64,000 bases of DNA from Candidatus Neptunichlamydia sp. (GTDB lineage Bacteria > Chlamydiota > Chlamydiia > Chlamydiales > Simkaniaceae): NCBI GenBank assembly GCA_965233865.1, contig OZ247587.1, positions 1,568,001 through 1,632,000 of the forward strand, read 5' to 3'. The translations under genes were made by a program, and so were the position numbers. How positions within the stretch are numbered: position 1 is the first letter of the stretch; every line of letters starts with the position of its first letter. The notes beneath the pieces were generated by a model. It was not told the origin of the DNA. It searched no databases and saw nothing but the letters and a program-made list of their open reading frames with translations. Shown here one piece after another: positions 20,342 to 30,680 of this stretch.

Positions 20342-22685
20342 TATGCGTGATTAACCGTTCATGTTCCTTGTCAACCTGAGACTGCTCAATCGTTTTTCGA
20401 TCGTTGCGATAAATAAAGCGGAACGTGACGTTTTTTTTATTTTCCCCCAGTTTTTCATTTTCGTAGACATCGAGGAGCATAGATTCTTTTAGGAGCTTCG
20501 AGCGGAAGTTTTGGATTAATTCAAAAATAGTTCCAAGTGGAACATCGCGATCAAGAGTCATAGTCCAATCACGATCACTTCCCGGAAATTGCGGCAATAA
20601 GGTCATTTTTCTATCTTTTTTTAATGTGGCTATCCACTCATGAAGATCGATTTGAGCGAAGAAAACTCTCTCTTCTATGTCGAGGCGTTTTAACCGTTCG
20701 GGGTGAACTTCTCCCATGACACCTAGCCGAGAGCCAGACAGCTCAATGCTTGCTTGTTTCCCGGAGTGAAAACTCTTAAGGCCTGTGTTCTCATATGACG
20801 CATTTTCGATGATATTTTCTAGAATACCTTTTAGATCGAAAAAATCGGTCTTCTCCGCTTTTTGCTTCCAATGATGGGGGCGCCTTTTCCCAGAAAGAAG
20901 AATTCCAGCCGTTAAACGCTCTTGATAGTGGTCTCCATCTTTAAAGTGGATCTTTCCAATCTCGAAAGCATGAATGTCTCGGGTTTTTCGGTCAAAATTG
21001 TGCTTCACGGCTTGAAGCATCCCGGGGAGAAGAGACATCCTTAAGATCGATTGGTCGACAGAGCTTGGTTTCAAAACCTTAATCTCTTCCTTCTCGCCTA
21101 ATTGTTTTTCCAAGCAAAGTCCTGTGAGCTCTGGACTAATGAGGTCACAGGTTAAAAATTCTTGGAGCCCCGCTTCAATGAGCTTTTCTCGTACCTTTTT
21201 TTCCATAAGATAAATCGCAGCATGAGGGAGAGGGGAGTTTACAACGCGTGCTTCTCTCTTCTTGATATTGTTATAACCAAAAATGCGGGCGACTTCTTTA
21301 ATTAAGTCGATTTCTCCGTGGATATCGTTGCGGTAAGAAGGAACGGTTACATGAAGGGTGGTGCCTTCTTCTTTGACTTCCATTTCAAGGCGCTTTAGAA
21401 AGGATTCTACTTCGTTCAAACTGAGTTCTGTTCCCAAAACCTGATTGGTCTTATCAAGTCGAATTTCAATTGTTTTTCTCTTCTTCTTTTTTCCGATAAC
21501 ATCGACTCTGCCCTGCTGCACTACGCCACCTCCAAGTTCTGCGATGAGCGCTGCTGCACGGTCGAGCGCAATGGGGACCATTTCAAAGTCGGCGCCTCTT
21601 TCAAAACGGGCTGATGATTCACTTCGAAGGTTCAGCGCCTTGCTTCCTCTTCTGATAGCAGAAGGATCAAAAAAGGCTGATTCCAAGATGATACTAGTTG
21701 TCCTATCCTCAACTTCTGAATTGGATCCCCCCATAACTCCAGCAACGGCAATGGGCCCCTTCTCGTCATGAATCATCAAAATGTTTTCAGGGATCTTTCG
21801 CTTTTCCCCATCCAGTGTTTCAAAGGATATAGGCTGAGTTGTTGATTGAACGGAAATTTTTTGTCCCCGCACTTTCCCCCCATCAAAGGCGTGCAGAGGC
21901 TGCCCGAGCTCTAACATTACGTAGTTTGTGATATCTACGATGTTATTAATGCTTCGAACGCCAGCACTTTCTAGTCGGATTTTCATCCAATCTGGAGAAG
22001 GACCGACACGAATTCCTCGGATTTCGCGGGCACAGTAACGCTTGCAATTTTCTAGGTCTTCAATGGAGACAGAGACGCCTGTTTTTTCGCTTCCTTCCTT
22101 CACCACTACATTCTGCCACTTTGCTTTTTGATTAAGGAGCGCTGCAACATCTCTTCCCATTCCGAGCATGCTCATGCAATGGCCTAAATTAGGGGTCAGA
22201 GAGATTTCAAAAACCACATCGCCGAATAGCTCAGAAACTTCAACCCCTAAAGGAGCATCTTTCCCGAGGTTAAGGATTCCACTGTTATCTTCGGATAACC
22301 CCAGTTCGCTTCCTGCACATAGCATTCCAAATGATTCGACATCGCGTAGTTTTGAGCACTTAATCTTAAAAGATTTTCCTCCTTGGTCCTCAAGGGTGGC
22401 TCCCACTGTTGCAAGAGCCACTTTCATTCCGGCTGAACACTTTGGATCCCCACACACTACCTGCACTGTTTCGCTTCCATCAAAAACCTGAGCAACTGTT
22501 AGCTTGTCAGCATTGGGGTGTAGAGCAGTTTCTTTGACTTCAGCAACGACTACGCCCTTAAAGGAAAAGGGAGTTGTCTCGACTTTATCAACTTCAAGCC
22601 CTGCCAATGTCAGGATATTGGAAAGAGCCTCCTTGCTCAAATTTAACTCAACAAACTCTTTTAACCAGGAAAGGGGGACGCGCAT
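20325..22685 (-). CDS. pheT: Phenylalanine--tRNA ligase beta subunit
   Basis: MRVPLSWLKEF, HPNADKL, VDITNYVMLELGQPLHAFD, RFERG, FDX-ACB C-terminus. Confidence 0.98.
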   Translation of the reverse strand: MRVPLSWLKEFVELNLSKEALSNILTLAGLEVDKVETTPFSFKGVVVAEVKETALHPNADKLTVAQVFDGSETVQVVCGDPKCSAGMKVALATVGATLEDQGGKSFKIKCSKLRDVESFGMLCAGSELGLSEDNSGILNLGKDAPLGVEVSELFGDVVFEISLTPNLGHCMSMLGMGRDVAALLNQKAKWQNVVVKEGSEKTGVSVSIEDLENCKRYCAREIRGIRVGPSPDWMKIRLESAGVRSINNIVDITNYVMLELGQPLHAFDGGKVRGQKISVQSTTQPISFETLDGEKRKIPENILMIHDEKGPIAVAGVMGGSNSEVEDRTTSIILESAFFDPSAIRRGSKALNLRSESSARFERGADFEMVPIALDRAAALIAELGGGVVQQGRVDVIGKKKKRKTIEIRLDKTNQVLGTELSLNEVESFLKRLEMEVKEEGTTLHVTVPSYRNDIHGEIDLIKEVARIFGYNNIKKREARVVNSPLPHAAIYLMEKKVREKLIEAGLQEFLTCDLISPELTGLCLEKQLGEKEEIKVLKPSSVDQSILRMSLLPGMLQAVKHNFDRKTRDIHAFEIGKIHFKDGDHYQERLTAGILLSGKRRPHHWKQKAEKTDFFDLKGILENIIENASYENTGLKSFHSGKQASIELSGSRLGVMGEVHPERLKRLDIEERVFFAQIDLHEWIATLKKDRKMTLLPQFPGSDRDWTMTLDRDVPLGTIFELIQNFRSKLLKESMLLDVYENEKLGENKKNVTFRFIYRNDRKTIEQSQVDKEHERLITHIAKLT

Positions 22686-23126
22686 AATAAATCCAAATTT
22701 TTATTTTATACCATTTAGGAAAGATAAAGTGGTGAATTGATCTTGTCTTTTTAGTTAAAATTCTGCTTTTTATCTCATTAACTAATAAGTGGTTAATGTC
22801 GATTTCCAATCATAATTTTCTTGTGAAAATCTCTGTGTCAATTCTGCACTTTATTTTTCCGAAACAGCACCAATCTTATAGAGTACAACAATTCCTTCTA
22901 TTGGATCAATCCCTACTCCAGATAGAAAAAATCTTCTTTCCAAAATAATTTCTAAAAATCATTTACCTGAGATAGTGTTTGAAATTTAAACTACTTAATA
23001 GTGGCCCTTGGAAAGGGCTCTTTATCGAAGAAACTAAAGGGAGCACGTTGCCTGTTCAGTGGCAAATTCATGGGGTTATTTGATTTTATTTTGCTTTTGA
23101 TTCGAGGAGTGGGGTACCATTGATGC

Positions 23127-24206
23127 ATGCGTTATAGCCATTTGGAACAGGTTCTTTCGAAGCGATCGAGGATATTAATCCATGCACTTATTATCAGTGG
23201 AACATTTAATCTAGCGCTTATTGCTACCTTTGTTACCTTAGTGATTAAGGAGAGGAAAAGGATCGTGGTGCCTGCTGTTCAATTGAGTGAGCGAGTAAAA
23301 GAGGTTCGATTGAAAAACGAAGAGGTTTTGCAAGAGTTTGCTTCGATGACCTATGACACTTTAGTACGCGAGCTTTACAGTGAAACACATGTTGAAGAGG
23401 GGCAGCGGCGGTGCGACCTCGCTTTAGCTGCTCTAGCCCGTTATCATGATTTTGATGTCGAAAGGGCTTTTGCAGGATTTCCAGTGGAGCAGAGGAAGGT
23501 TGTTTTTGGTGAGGAGTCAATGGTGCTGTTTTCTGGAATAAGAGCTGAAGGGCTTGAAGGAGTCCGTTTGTTTGCGCGGAGGGAAGTTTGGCCACTTACC
23601 TCAAGGGGGCTCTTTAAGCAGGTTCAGAATAGGGAAAAAATTCCAGCGAGTTTGAAAGAATCTTTCATTCTAACAAATGAATTTTTTGAGATTAAACGAG
23701 CGATAGGCCGTTCCTCTTACGCGATTTCGGATGAAGCGCTTTTTAGCCTAGTGACTGCGGGAGATTGGGAATCAATAGAGAATTTTTCAAGTAAAGACAT
23801 TAGATCCTTTTTGCTTCCTCGGATGGGAAAAGGATCAAAACTCGCGGCCTATCTGATGGTTCTTGAAGAAAGAGACTATGCTCTAAAGAGTTTAGATGAT
23901 GGTCAAATGGAAAGGCTGCTATCTCTTCTGACTGAAAAAACTCCTGCGATCGAATCCTTTTTAAAAGAGGTGGGAGACGGAATCCGTGCAGACTACATAA
24001 AAGAACTTGCTGGCAAGCCTATTAAAAACCCGCCGCGTCATTACAAGATTCAATCAGGGGATAGTCTTTGGAAAATCTCTCGGATGTTTGATGTGAAAGT
24101 GGAAATTATTCAAGAGATGAACGGGCTGGATTCAGAGAGCCTCAAACCAGGTATTGAACTCTCTCTGCCCGCTGATACCACACCATCCCTTAGAACAAGA
24201 CCGTAA
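23127..24206 (+). CDS. Membrane-anchored LysM-domain protein
   Basis: N-terminal TM segment; C-terminal YKIQSGDSLWKISRMF..I.EMN.L...LKPG. Confidence 0.88.
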   Translation: MRYSHLEQVLSKRSRILIHALIISGTFNLALIATFVTLVIKERKRIVVPAVQLSERVKEVRLKNEEVLQEFASMTYDTLVRELYSETHVEEGQRRCDLALAALARYHDFDVERAFAGFPVEQRKVVFGEESMVLFSGIRAEGLEGVRLFARREVWPLTSRGLFKQVQNREKIPASLKESFILTNEFFEIKRAIGRSSYAISDEALFSLVTAGDWESIENFSSKDIRSFLLPRMGKGSKLAAYLMVLEERDYALKSLDDGQMERLLSLLTEKTPAIESFLKEVGDGIRADYIKELAGKPIKNPPRHYKIQSGDSLWKISRMFDVKVEIIQEMNGLDSESLKPGIELSLPADTTPSLRTRP

Positions 24207-24305
24207 TCAAAAACGTCGATAACAAGTGCTAGCAAGTAGGGGATCATCACTTCAAGTTTTATATTTCGAAAGATCATAGTTCTTTCGATAGCAGAAATGG
24301 AAAAA

Positions 24306-24515
24306 TTAGGGAAGAGGATCACAGCCGCCTGGATGCCAAGGGTGGCATCGGAGAAGGCGTCGGACCGTAAGATAAAACCCTTTAAAAAACCCATGCTTCT
24401 TAAAAGCCTCTATTCCATATTCCGAGCAAGAAGGGTAAAAGCGACAGTTACCTTGAGTAAAGGGACCAATGGTCCATTGATATAGACGAATCAAGAAAAT
24501 AAAAAAATATTTCAA
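24306..24515 (-). CDS. yidD: Membrane protein insertion efficiency factor YidD
   Basis: [25 protein letters not shown]; probable TTG start. Confidence 0.93.
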   Translation of the reverse strand: MKYFFIFLIRLYQWTIGPFTQGNCRFYPSCSEYGIEAFKKHGFFKGFYLTVRRLLRCHPWHPGGCDPLP

Positions 24516-24574
24516 CGTAAGAAACCCTTGATTCGATTCTGTTAAATGATTATCATACCCTATTTCCAACTTTT

Positions 24575-24660
24575 GCGGAAGTGGTGGAATTGGCAGACAC
24601 GCTACCTTGAGGTGGTAGTGAGGGTAATACCTCTTGGGGGTTCAAGTCCCCCCTTTCGCA
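24575..24660 (+). tRNA. tRNA-Leu(GAG)
   Basis: Cloverleaf with long variable arm, anticodon arm CTACC-TT-GAG-GT-GGTAG, GGTTCAAGTCC. Confidence 0.95.
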
Positions 24661-24871
24661 CAATTTCTTAATTTTTTTCTAAGAGATTCAACAGATTATC
24701 GATCTATGTCTTGAGATGAGGTCTGATCCGAATTGTAGTTAGGGAAGTGAATCTGTGCAACTGATGAGGGGTGCAAGATTGAGCTCTTGATGAGAGGGAT
24801 CGCTAAGGCTTGCGAGCCAAACTTTAGAGAGCTCTCTTTCTCCAAGTACTTGTTTCATTGTTAACTTGAGT

Positions 24872-26329
24872 TTATTTTTGAACACCACCAATGATCAGAG
24901 ATTTGGCTTCGCAGTAGGCATCAAGGCTTCCATGGACTCCATTTTCACGACCAATCCCCGATTCTTTCCATCCACCGAAAGGGAGAACCTCGGAAACAAC
25001 ATCAGTCGTATTCACACCAACGGCTCCAGCTTCAAAACTTTCAGCGACTCTCCAGGTACGGCCGATATTTTCACTGAAAAGATAGGCAGCAAGGCCATAA
25101 TTGGTATCATTGGCCATTTTAATCGCTTCTTCTTCATTCGAGAAGCGGTAGATAGGAGCGACAGGCCCAAAAACTTCATCACGATACATTTCCATTTTGG
25201 AATCCATATCAATGAGAAGGGTGGGTTCATAGATTAGTTCACCCACTGTGGAGCGAGCTCCTCCAAGAATGGCGGTGGCCCCTTTTGAGAGGGCATCGTC
25301 AACAAGAGCCTCGCATTTAGCAATTCCTTTTTTGTTAATCAGGGGACCAACAGAGGTGTTTTTATCGAGGCCATTTCCTAGGCGAAGATGCTCTTCCATC
25401 ATTTTCTTGAACTTGTCAACGAACTGATCATGGACATCTTTGTGAACTAAGAAGCGATTGATATTGTTACAGCATTGTCCTGCATTATAGAACTTAAACC
25501 AGAATGTTCCTTGGACTGCTTTATCGACGTCGGCATCATCAAAGATCACAGCGGGACAGTTCCCCCCAAGTTCCATCGTAACATTTTTCGCAGTACTCCC
25601 TGCAGCGCTGATCAATGTTTTCCCCACTGCTGTCGACCCCGTAAATGTGAACTTTCTAACGAGTGGGTGGTGAGAGAGCTCGTACCCCACTTCATAAGGA
25701 TCTTTGCAGGTGAGGACATTAAAAACACCTGGAGGAATTCCTGCGCGATCGGCAAGCTCAGCAAGGGCTAGAGCAGATAGGGGAGTATCTTCTGCAGGCT
25801 TCATTACAATGGTGCAGCCAGCTGCTAAGGCAGGGGCGCATTTTTGAATCGGAAGAACCGAAGGAAAATTCCATGGGGTGACGACAGCAACAACGCCAAT
25901 GGGTTGCTTGAGCGTCATAAAGCGGCGGTTTGGATCGGGAGATAAAATTGTGAGTCCGGTGAGCCTTTTTGCTTCTTCAGCATGCCAATTGAAAAACCCA
26001 TTGTTTCCCATGAGCTCATGGGTCGATTGTTCGTAGGGCTTTCCCTGCTCTAAAGTGAGAAGAGTTGCGAGATCTTCCCAGTTTTCATTCATGAGCGCGT
26101 CCCATTTCCTTAGGAGCTTTCCCCTCTCGCGAGCACTGGTGTTTTTCCAAAACTCGAACGCTTTGTGGGCACCTTCGATGGCCTCTTTTGCCTCTTCCCC
26201 GCCAATTTCTGAAACGTCAGCAATTTTTTTCCCATCAAAAGGATTGAGAACAGGAAAAGTTTTTTCCCCCTTCACCCATTTTCCGTGGATATAGCTGTCT
26301 GTCCGGAGTAATTGCTTATCTTTAATCAT
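24872..26329 (-). CDS. gabD: NAD(P)-dependent succinate-semialdehyde dehydrogenase-like ALDH
   Basis: TPWNFP, FTGSTAVGK, MELGGN, NAGQCC, EVFGP, PFGGWKESG. Confidence 0.85.
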   Translation of the reverse strand: MIKDKQLLRTDSYIHGKWVKGEKTFPVLNPFDGKKIADVSEIGGEEAKEAIEGAHKAFEFWKNTSARERGKLLRKWDALMNENWEDLATLLTLEQGKPYEQSTHELMGNNGFFNWHAEEAKRLTGLTILSPDPNRRFMTLKQPIGVVAVVTPWNFPSVLPIQKCAPALAAGCTIVMKPAEDTPLSALALAELADRAGIPPGVFNVLTCKDPYEVGYELSHHPLVRKFTFTGSTAVGKTLISAAGSTAKNVTMELGGNCPAVIFDDADVDKAVQGTFWFKFYNAGQCCNNINRFLVHKDVHDQFVDKFKKMMEEHLRLGNGLDKNTSVGPLINKKGIAKCEALVDDALSKGATAILGGARSTVGELIYEPTLLIDMDSKMEMYRDEVFGPVAPIYRFSNEEEAIKMANDTNYGLAAYLFSENIGRTWRVAESFEAGAVGVNTTDVVSEVLPFGGWKESGIGRENGVHGSLDAYCEAKSLIIGGVQK

Positions 26330-26337
26330 AATTTTTT

Positions 26338-27018
26338 CTATAGCATGACTACGCTTCGAAAACAAGCATCGATTCCACTGGTGAGAGAGGGTGAGAGCTT
26401 GAGAGCAAGCAGGGGAATAAAACTCCGTGCGTCAAACAAGTTGCAAAGGGTTTTCCATTCTTTGCCTTTGAAGGGAAATTCCAGCTCTCCTCCACATTGG
26501 GAGCAGCGACTTTCTCCGTCTATGATTTGCATGGCGGGGGCTGATATGCACGAAAGGCAATTTTCAGAGATTTCGAGGAGACCTTCATGTTTAAGAAGCT
26601 TGAGTTGAAAGGTGGCCCAGAAAGTCTCTGGTTCTATTGCTTCTGGGAGTTTTTTCAAAAAGCTGATCAATAAAAGATAGAGAGCGTAGGAATCTTTTCC
26701 CGGCATCTGGGTTTTTAAAATTGCTTGAAGGATTTTTCCTGCAACCATTAAATGGCGATAGGAGCAGCGCAAGGAAAGGTGAAGATCTATGATGGTTCCA
26801 TCTAAAAAACGGTAGAGGTCGGTTTTCCCTTTTTTAAAAATAAATTCAGCGCGGCATAGAGGCGTAGTGAGGTTAAGTATGGCTGGTCTGCTTTTTGAAA
26901 GTCCCCGCACATACAAGCTGATCATCCCACGATCGGGGGTGAGTACTGTCAAAATTCGATCATTTTCTCTGTAGGAAGTGGTGCGCAATACCACACCCTC
27001 AACACGTTTATCCGTCAT
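26338..27018 (-). CDS. recO: DNA repair protein RecO
   Basis: GVVLR...Y.ENDRILTVLT..G, FQLKLL..EG, Cys cluster; start trimmed to avoid the tRNA. Confidence 0.92.
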   Translation of the reverse strand: MTDKRVEGVVLRTTSYRENDRILTVLTPDRGMISLYVRGLSKSRPAILNLTTPLCRAEFIFKKGKTDLYRFLDGTIIDLHLSLRCSYRHLMVAGKILQAILKTQMPGKDSYALYLLLISFLKKLPEAIEPETFWATFQLKLLKHEGLLEISENCLSCISAPAMQIIDGESRCSQCGGELEFPFKGKEWKTLCNLFDARSFIPLLALKLSPSLTSGIDACFRSVVML

Positions 27019-27056
27019 TGCAAGAATATTGCACTTTTGATACAATTTTTGCAATT

Positions 27057-27130
27057 GCACCGATAGCTCAATTGGATAGAGTACCTGACTTCGGATCAGG
27101 TGGTTGGAGGTTCGAGTCCTTTTCGGTGCA
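27057..27130 (+). tRNA. tRNA-Arg(UCG)
   Basis: GCACCGA..TCGGTGC acceptor stem; CCTGA-CT-TCG-GA-TCAGG. Confidence 0.95.
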
Positions 27131-27131
27131 T

Positions 27132-27159
27132 TAGCCGCAGTTTTGCGGCTATTTTTTTT
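27132..27159 (+). terminator. Rho-independent terminator after tRNA-Arg
   Basis: TAGCCGCA-GTTT-TGCGGCTA followed by a T tract. Confidence 0.8.
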
Positions 27160-27305
27160 CAATAAAGATAGGAGGAGAGAAAGGAACTTCTTTGTTCATA
27201 ACTTTTGGATAACTGACTTAAGAGAAAAAAGACAAATCTTTTGGAATTATACCCAAATAAATTCAAAATTTGGTTAGAATGTTGAGCCAACCAAGGGGTT
27301 AAAAC

Positions 27306-27932
27306 ATGACTGATAGCTCTAAGAAATTTGATCAACAAGAATATACCGTTAACATTATTGGAAAACATATTGAAGTCACGAAACCGATTCGGGATTATGT
27401 CGAGGAGAAGATTTCTAGGATCGAAACTCTCTCAACTCGCATTATTAATGTCAGGGTCAATCTCGATGTGCAAAAATTGAATCATACGGTTGATATCATC
27501 ATGAAGTTCTCTCACTTCAAGGTGAACGTTCATGCCATTACTGAAAATCTATATACTTCTATTGATAAAGCATTTGAGCACCTCTATACAAAACTTCGAA
27601 AATGGAAGAATCGGATTCAGGACCACCATGCAAAAGGAGTGTCTGTTACTGAAATGGAGATTAACGTCTTCGAGCATGCCCAGCATGAAATTGAAGAGAT
27701 CAATCAAGAGATCATTGATGCAAACAACGAGTCTTTGAAAGAAAATTATACGCTTCCAAAGGTGATTAAGAAAAAAAAACGCTCCCTGAAGAACCTCACA
27801 ATGGATGAAGCTGTTATGAAGATGGAGTTGTCGAATGACCATTTTATGATCTATCGATCAGAAGAAGAACAGGCTCTCAAGGTAATCTATCGTCGGCGTG
27901 ATGGCAGTTATGGTGTTGTCTCCCCTACGTAG
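27306..27932 (+). CDS. hpf: Long-form ribosome hibernation factor HPF/RaiA
   Basis: IIGKHIEVT..IRDYVEEK; C-terminal LTMDEAVMKM...VIYRRRDGSYG. Confidence 0.93.
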   Translation: MTDSSKKFDQQEYTVNIIGKHIEVTKPIRDYVEEKISRIETLSTRIINVRVNLDVQKLNHTVDIIMKFSHFKVNVHAITENLYTSIDKAFEHLYTKLRKWKNRIQDHHAKGVSVTEMEINVFEHAQHEIEEINQEIIDANNESLKENYTLPKVIKKKKRSLKNLTMDEAVMKMELSNDHFMIYRSEEEQALKVIYRRRDGSYGVVSPT

Positions 27933-28347
27933 GCAGATTTATGATCCCATTCGAAAGAAATGGGTTGACGCGCTTCCTGAGGAAGTGGTGCGGCAAAAAA
28001 TATTGAGCCATCTCGTAAATCAGTTGGGATACCCGCCTCATGCGGTTGTTATTGAGAAAAAACTGTCAGAGCTTCCCCAAATGTTGGAAGGGAAAATTCC
28101 TAACCGTCGTATCGATATTTTATGCCTTGAATCGGAAACCTTTCGGCCTCTTCTTCTCATCGAATGTAAAGCCGTTCCGCTTCAGGAAAAGATGTTTGCG
28201 CAAGCCCTTGGGTATAACGCCTATATTAAGGCTCCTCTAATTTGTCTTGCCAATGATGAGGGATTCCTATTACGATGGGAAAACGGTTCTTCCATTAAAG
28301 AAAGGAATCAGTTGCCTAACTATGAATCTCTTAAGAATTCTCGATGA
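27898..28347 (+). CDS. Stand-alone HsdR N-terminal-like (PD-(D/E)xK) domain protein
   Basis: IYDPIRKKWV...PEE.VRQ, RIDI..LLIECKA, QAL.YN. Confidence 0.82.
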   Translation: MMAVMVLSPLRRQIYDPIRKKWVDALPEEVVRQKILSHLVNQLGYPPHAVVIEKKLSELPQMLEGKIPNRRIDILCLESETFRPLLLIECKAVPLQEKMFAQALGYNAYIKAPLICLANDEGFLLRWENGSSIKERNQLPNYESLKNSR

Positions 28348-29845
28348 GAAAAACCCTCTACTTTCTCTAGAACTCCGCACTGAAGAGAAGCGAGACGTTC
28401 CTTTTGCTGACCTTCCTCTTCCAAAAAGTGAAACCGTAGCACTGTATCTTTATGCTCTTGGTCCTCTCACTTGGCAACAAAAGATTCTAGAGTGGCTTGA
28501 TGGAAACCCTGCTCGAAAAATTTATCTTATTCCTGAAGACCCTCAGATTCTTCATAACAGTTTTCTTCCAATCATGGAACATTCTCGTCTGAAAGTTGGC
28601 AGTGAATACCGTTTATATGTATGGGAACATCTTTTTAAACCATGGGAGTTAATGGGGGGCGATCCCAACGTGCTTGGAGAATGGATCTTGGGAACGGAAC
28701 TCACTCTTTGCTTGTATAACGACTTTGGAGTTCCTCTGATGTCGAATGTGTTTGATAACCTTCTAATGAAGGAAGAAATCAAAAGAGGGGAGTCTTTAGA
28801 AGGAAAGTTTCAAGGAATACCGGCAATTGTTTGCGGCGCAGGACCGTCTCTTGAAGATCGTTTGGATGAGATCAAAAAACTCCAGGATCGAGCATTGATT
28901 ATTGGAGGAGGCTCAGCACTTGCTCCGCTGTCGCGGGCTAATATTCCGATTCACTTTTCTGCGGCGCTTGATCCCGATCCTCCTACAGAACGATTTTATC
29001 GACAGAACCATTTTGAAACCCCTCTGTTTTACCAAAATCAAGTGAGTCATACCTTGCTCACTCACCATCACGGCCCGAAACTTTGTTTGGGACAGAGCGG
29101 AAGTTTTGCTTTAGAAGGTTATCTCACCGATAAACTTGAACTTCCAGAGCGCGATGTTGGTTGGAACGTCTCTACATTTTCAACCATGGTCGCTGTTCTT
29201 CTAGGGTGTGATCCCATTTATTTTGTAGGCCTCGATCTTTGTGTGTACGACGAAGCTTCTTATGCCACCGGGGTTGAGGGAATGGATGAGCGTTTGAATC
29301 CGATTCAGGTGAAAGATAGGCAGGGAAACGTTGTTTTTACCCGTCCTGATTTTTTGATGAGTAAGAAATGGCTGGAAGACTTTGCTAAGAAGAATCCTCA
29401 AACCACCTTTATCAATGCGAGCACTCGTGGACTTAAGTTAGAAGGAATTCAAGATGGGCCCCTCATGGTCTCTTCTTACTACACAGATTTATCTGCAAAG
29501 GTGTACCAAAAAGTGACATCAGCACCTCCTATTGATTTATCTTCAATTTCTGAAAAATTCCATCACCTTGATGAGAGCTTGAAGAAAACCCGAACCATCC
29601 TAAAGGAATTTATGGAAGCCCTAAAACACAGGAAAAATACTGTGCTTCAGGAATGTGAACTTGAAGAGGAGTTTTTTTTTCAAGAGCATCTTTTTCCTTT
29701 ATGGGGAGTGTGGAAGAACCTTCTTCAAACCGATGAAATTTTGGGAAGGATGACCGATCTCCCTTTTGAAAAAAAACTCCAACAAGTCCTCTTTTATAAA
29801 GATGTAACCGAGAAATTTTGCTATGAAAGAAACCTATCAGTTTAG
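28322..29845 (+). CDS. Maf-like (DUF115/MptE-like) putative glycosyltransferase 1
   Basis: AIVCGAGPSL, LIIGGGSA..L, ALDP, LGCDPIYFVGLDL, FINAS. Confidence 0.85.
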   Translation: MNLLRILDEKNPLLSLELRTEEKRDVPFADLPLPKSETVALYLYALGPLTWQQKILEWLDGNPARKIYLIPEDPQILHNSFLPIMEHSRLKVGSEYRLYVWEHLFKPWELMGGDPNVLGEWILGTELTLCLYNDFGVPLMSNVFDNLLMKEEIKRGESLEGKFQGIPAIVCGAGPSLEDRLDEIKKLQDRALIIGGGSALAPLSRANIPIHFSAALDPDPPTERFYRQNHFETPLFYQNQVSHTLLTHHHGPKLCLGQSGSFALEGYLTDKLELPERDVGWNVSTFSTMVAVLLGCDPIYFVGLDLCVYDEASYATGVEGMDERLNPIQVKDRQGNVVFTRPDFLMSKKWLEDFAKKNPQTTFINASTRGLKLEGIQDGPLMVSSYYTDLSAKVYQKVTSAPPIDLSSISEKFHHLDESLKKTRTILKEFMEALKHRKNTVLQECELEEEFFFQEHLFPLWGVWKNLLQTDEILGRMTDLPFEKKLQQVLFYKDVTEKFCYERNLSV

Positions 29846-30680
29846 TGAGGATCGTCTCACAATCAAAGATCCCGATTTAGGCATCGATATCGACGACTTA
29901 TTTAAACCTTTAAGAGTGCCTAAAGATTTTTCTGAGATTTCCCATCTTATTTTAAAAAAGGATGAGGAAGGAAAAGTGTTGGGTGCCTATTTTGAAGTTG
30001 AAGGACACGTTGAAGGACAGTATCTCCTCTACTATCCTGATGGGGGCATTGAGACCGAATGTTTTTACCTGAATGGAGAGCTTCATGGGCCCTCCCGTTT
30101 TTATAGTGAAAATGGGATATGCCTTTCAGAAACCTGGTTTTATCAAGGTAAGAAAGAAGGGGAGTCTACCTGCTATTACCTTTCAGGAAAACTAAGCATT
30201 ATTGAACGCTACAAGAAGGGAATATTGCATGGAAAGCAAGAATATTATTATGAAAATGCCACCCTTAAATCAGAAATGACCTATTCAAGAGGAATGTTGG
30301 AAGGCTGCGTTGAGCTTTACTGGCCCAACGGGCAAAAAAAACGGGAAATCATTTTTCAAGCAGGCCTTCGTGAAGGGGTTGATCGCATGTGGAATCAAAA
30401 GGGAATCCTCATTGATGAAGGAAAGTACAGTAGTGGAAATCCCATCGGTCTACATCGCCGTTTTTTTGCAGATGGTTTGCCCCTTGAAGAGCGCCATTAC
30501 CATTCTCCGAATCGATTTAATCGAAAGCAATGGGATGAAAGTAGGGATCTCCTTTTAGAGGGGAAGTATGACCTCTCTCTTCAATATGTAGAGAGATCCT
30601 GGAAAGAAGGAGAAGAGACTGTTAGAATAGGAAAGTGGGACGGAAATCGCATTAAGTGGAGAGGCAATGGTTCAAACTGA
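29823..30680 (+). CDS. MORN-variant repeat protein (YwqK-like)
   Basis: About 7 tandem Y..G.L.G....YY.NG repeats. Confidence 0.85.
   Translation: MKETYQFSEDRLTIKDPDLGIDIDDLFKPLRVPKDFSEISHLILKKDEEGKVLGAYFEVEGHVEGQYLLYYPDGGIETECFYLNGELHGPSRFYSENGICLSETWFYQGKKEGESTCYYLSGKLSIIERYKKGILHGKQEYYYENATLKSEMTYSRGMLEGCVELYWPNGQKKREIIFQAGLREGVDRMWNQKGILIDEGKYSSGNPIGLHRRFFADGLPLEERHYHSPNRFNRKQWDESRDLLLEGKYDLSLQYVERSWKEGEETVRIGKWDGNRIKWRGNGSN

Noticed and set aside
24700..24858. Short ORFs after gabD and at about 52430-52543
   Set aside because: Under 40 aa with no recognisable homology; they may be gene remnants but cannot be supported
27898..30680. Type I R-M system or toxin-antitoxin pair suggested by the HsdR_N and YwqK-like labels
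   Set aside because: No hsdM/hsdS, helicase or toxin gene is adjacent; the labels only reflect a nuclease-like fold and MORN-variant repeats
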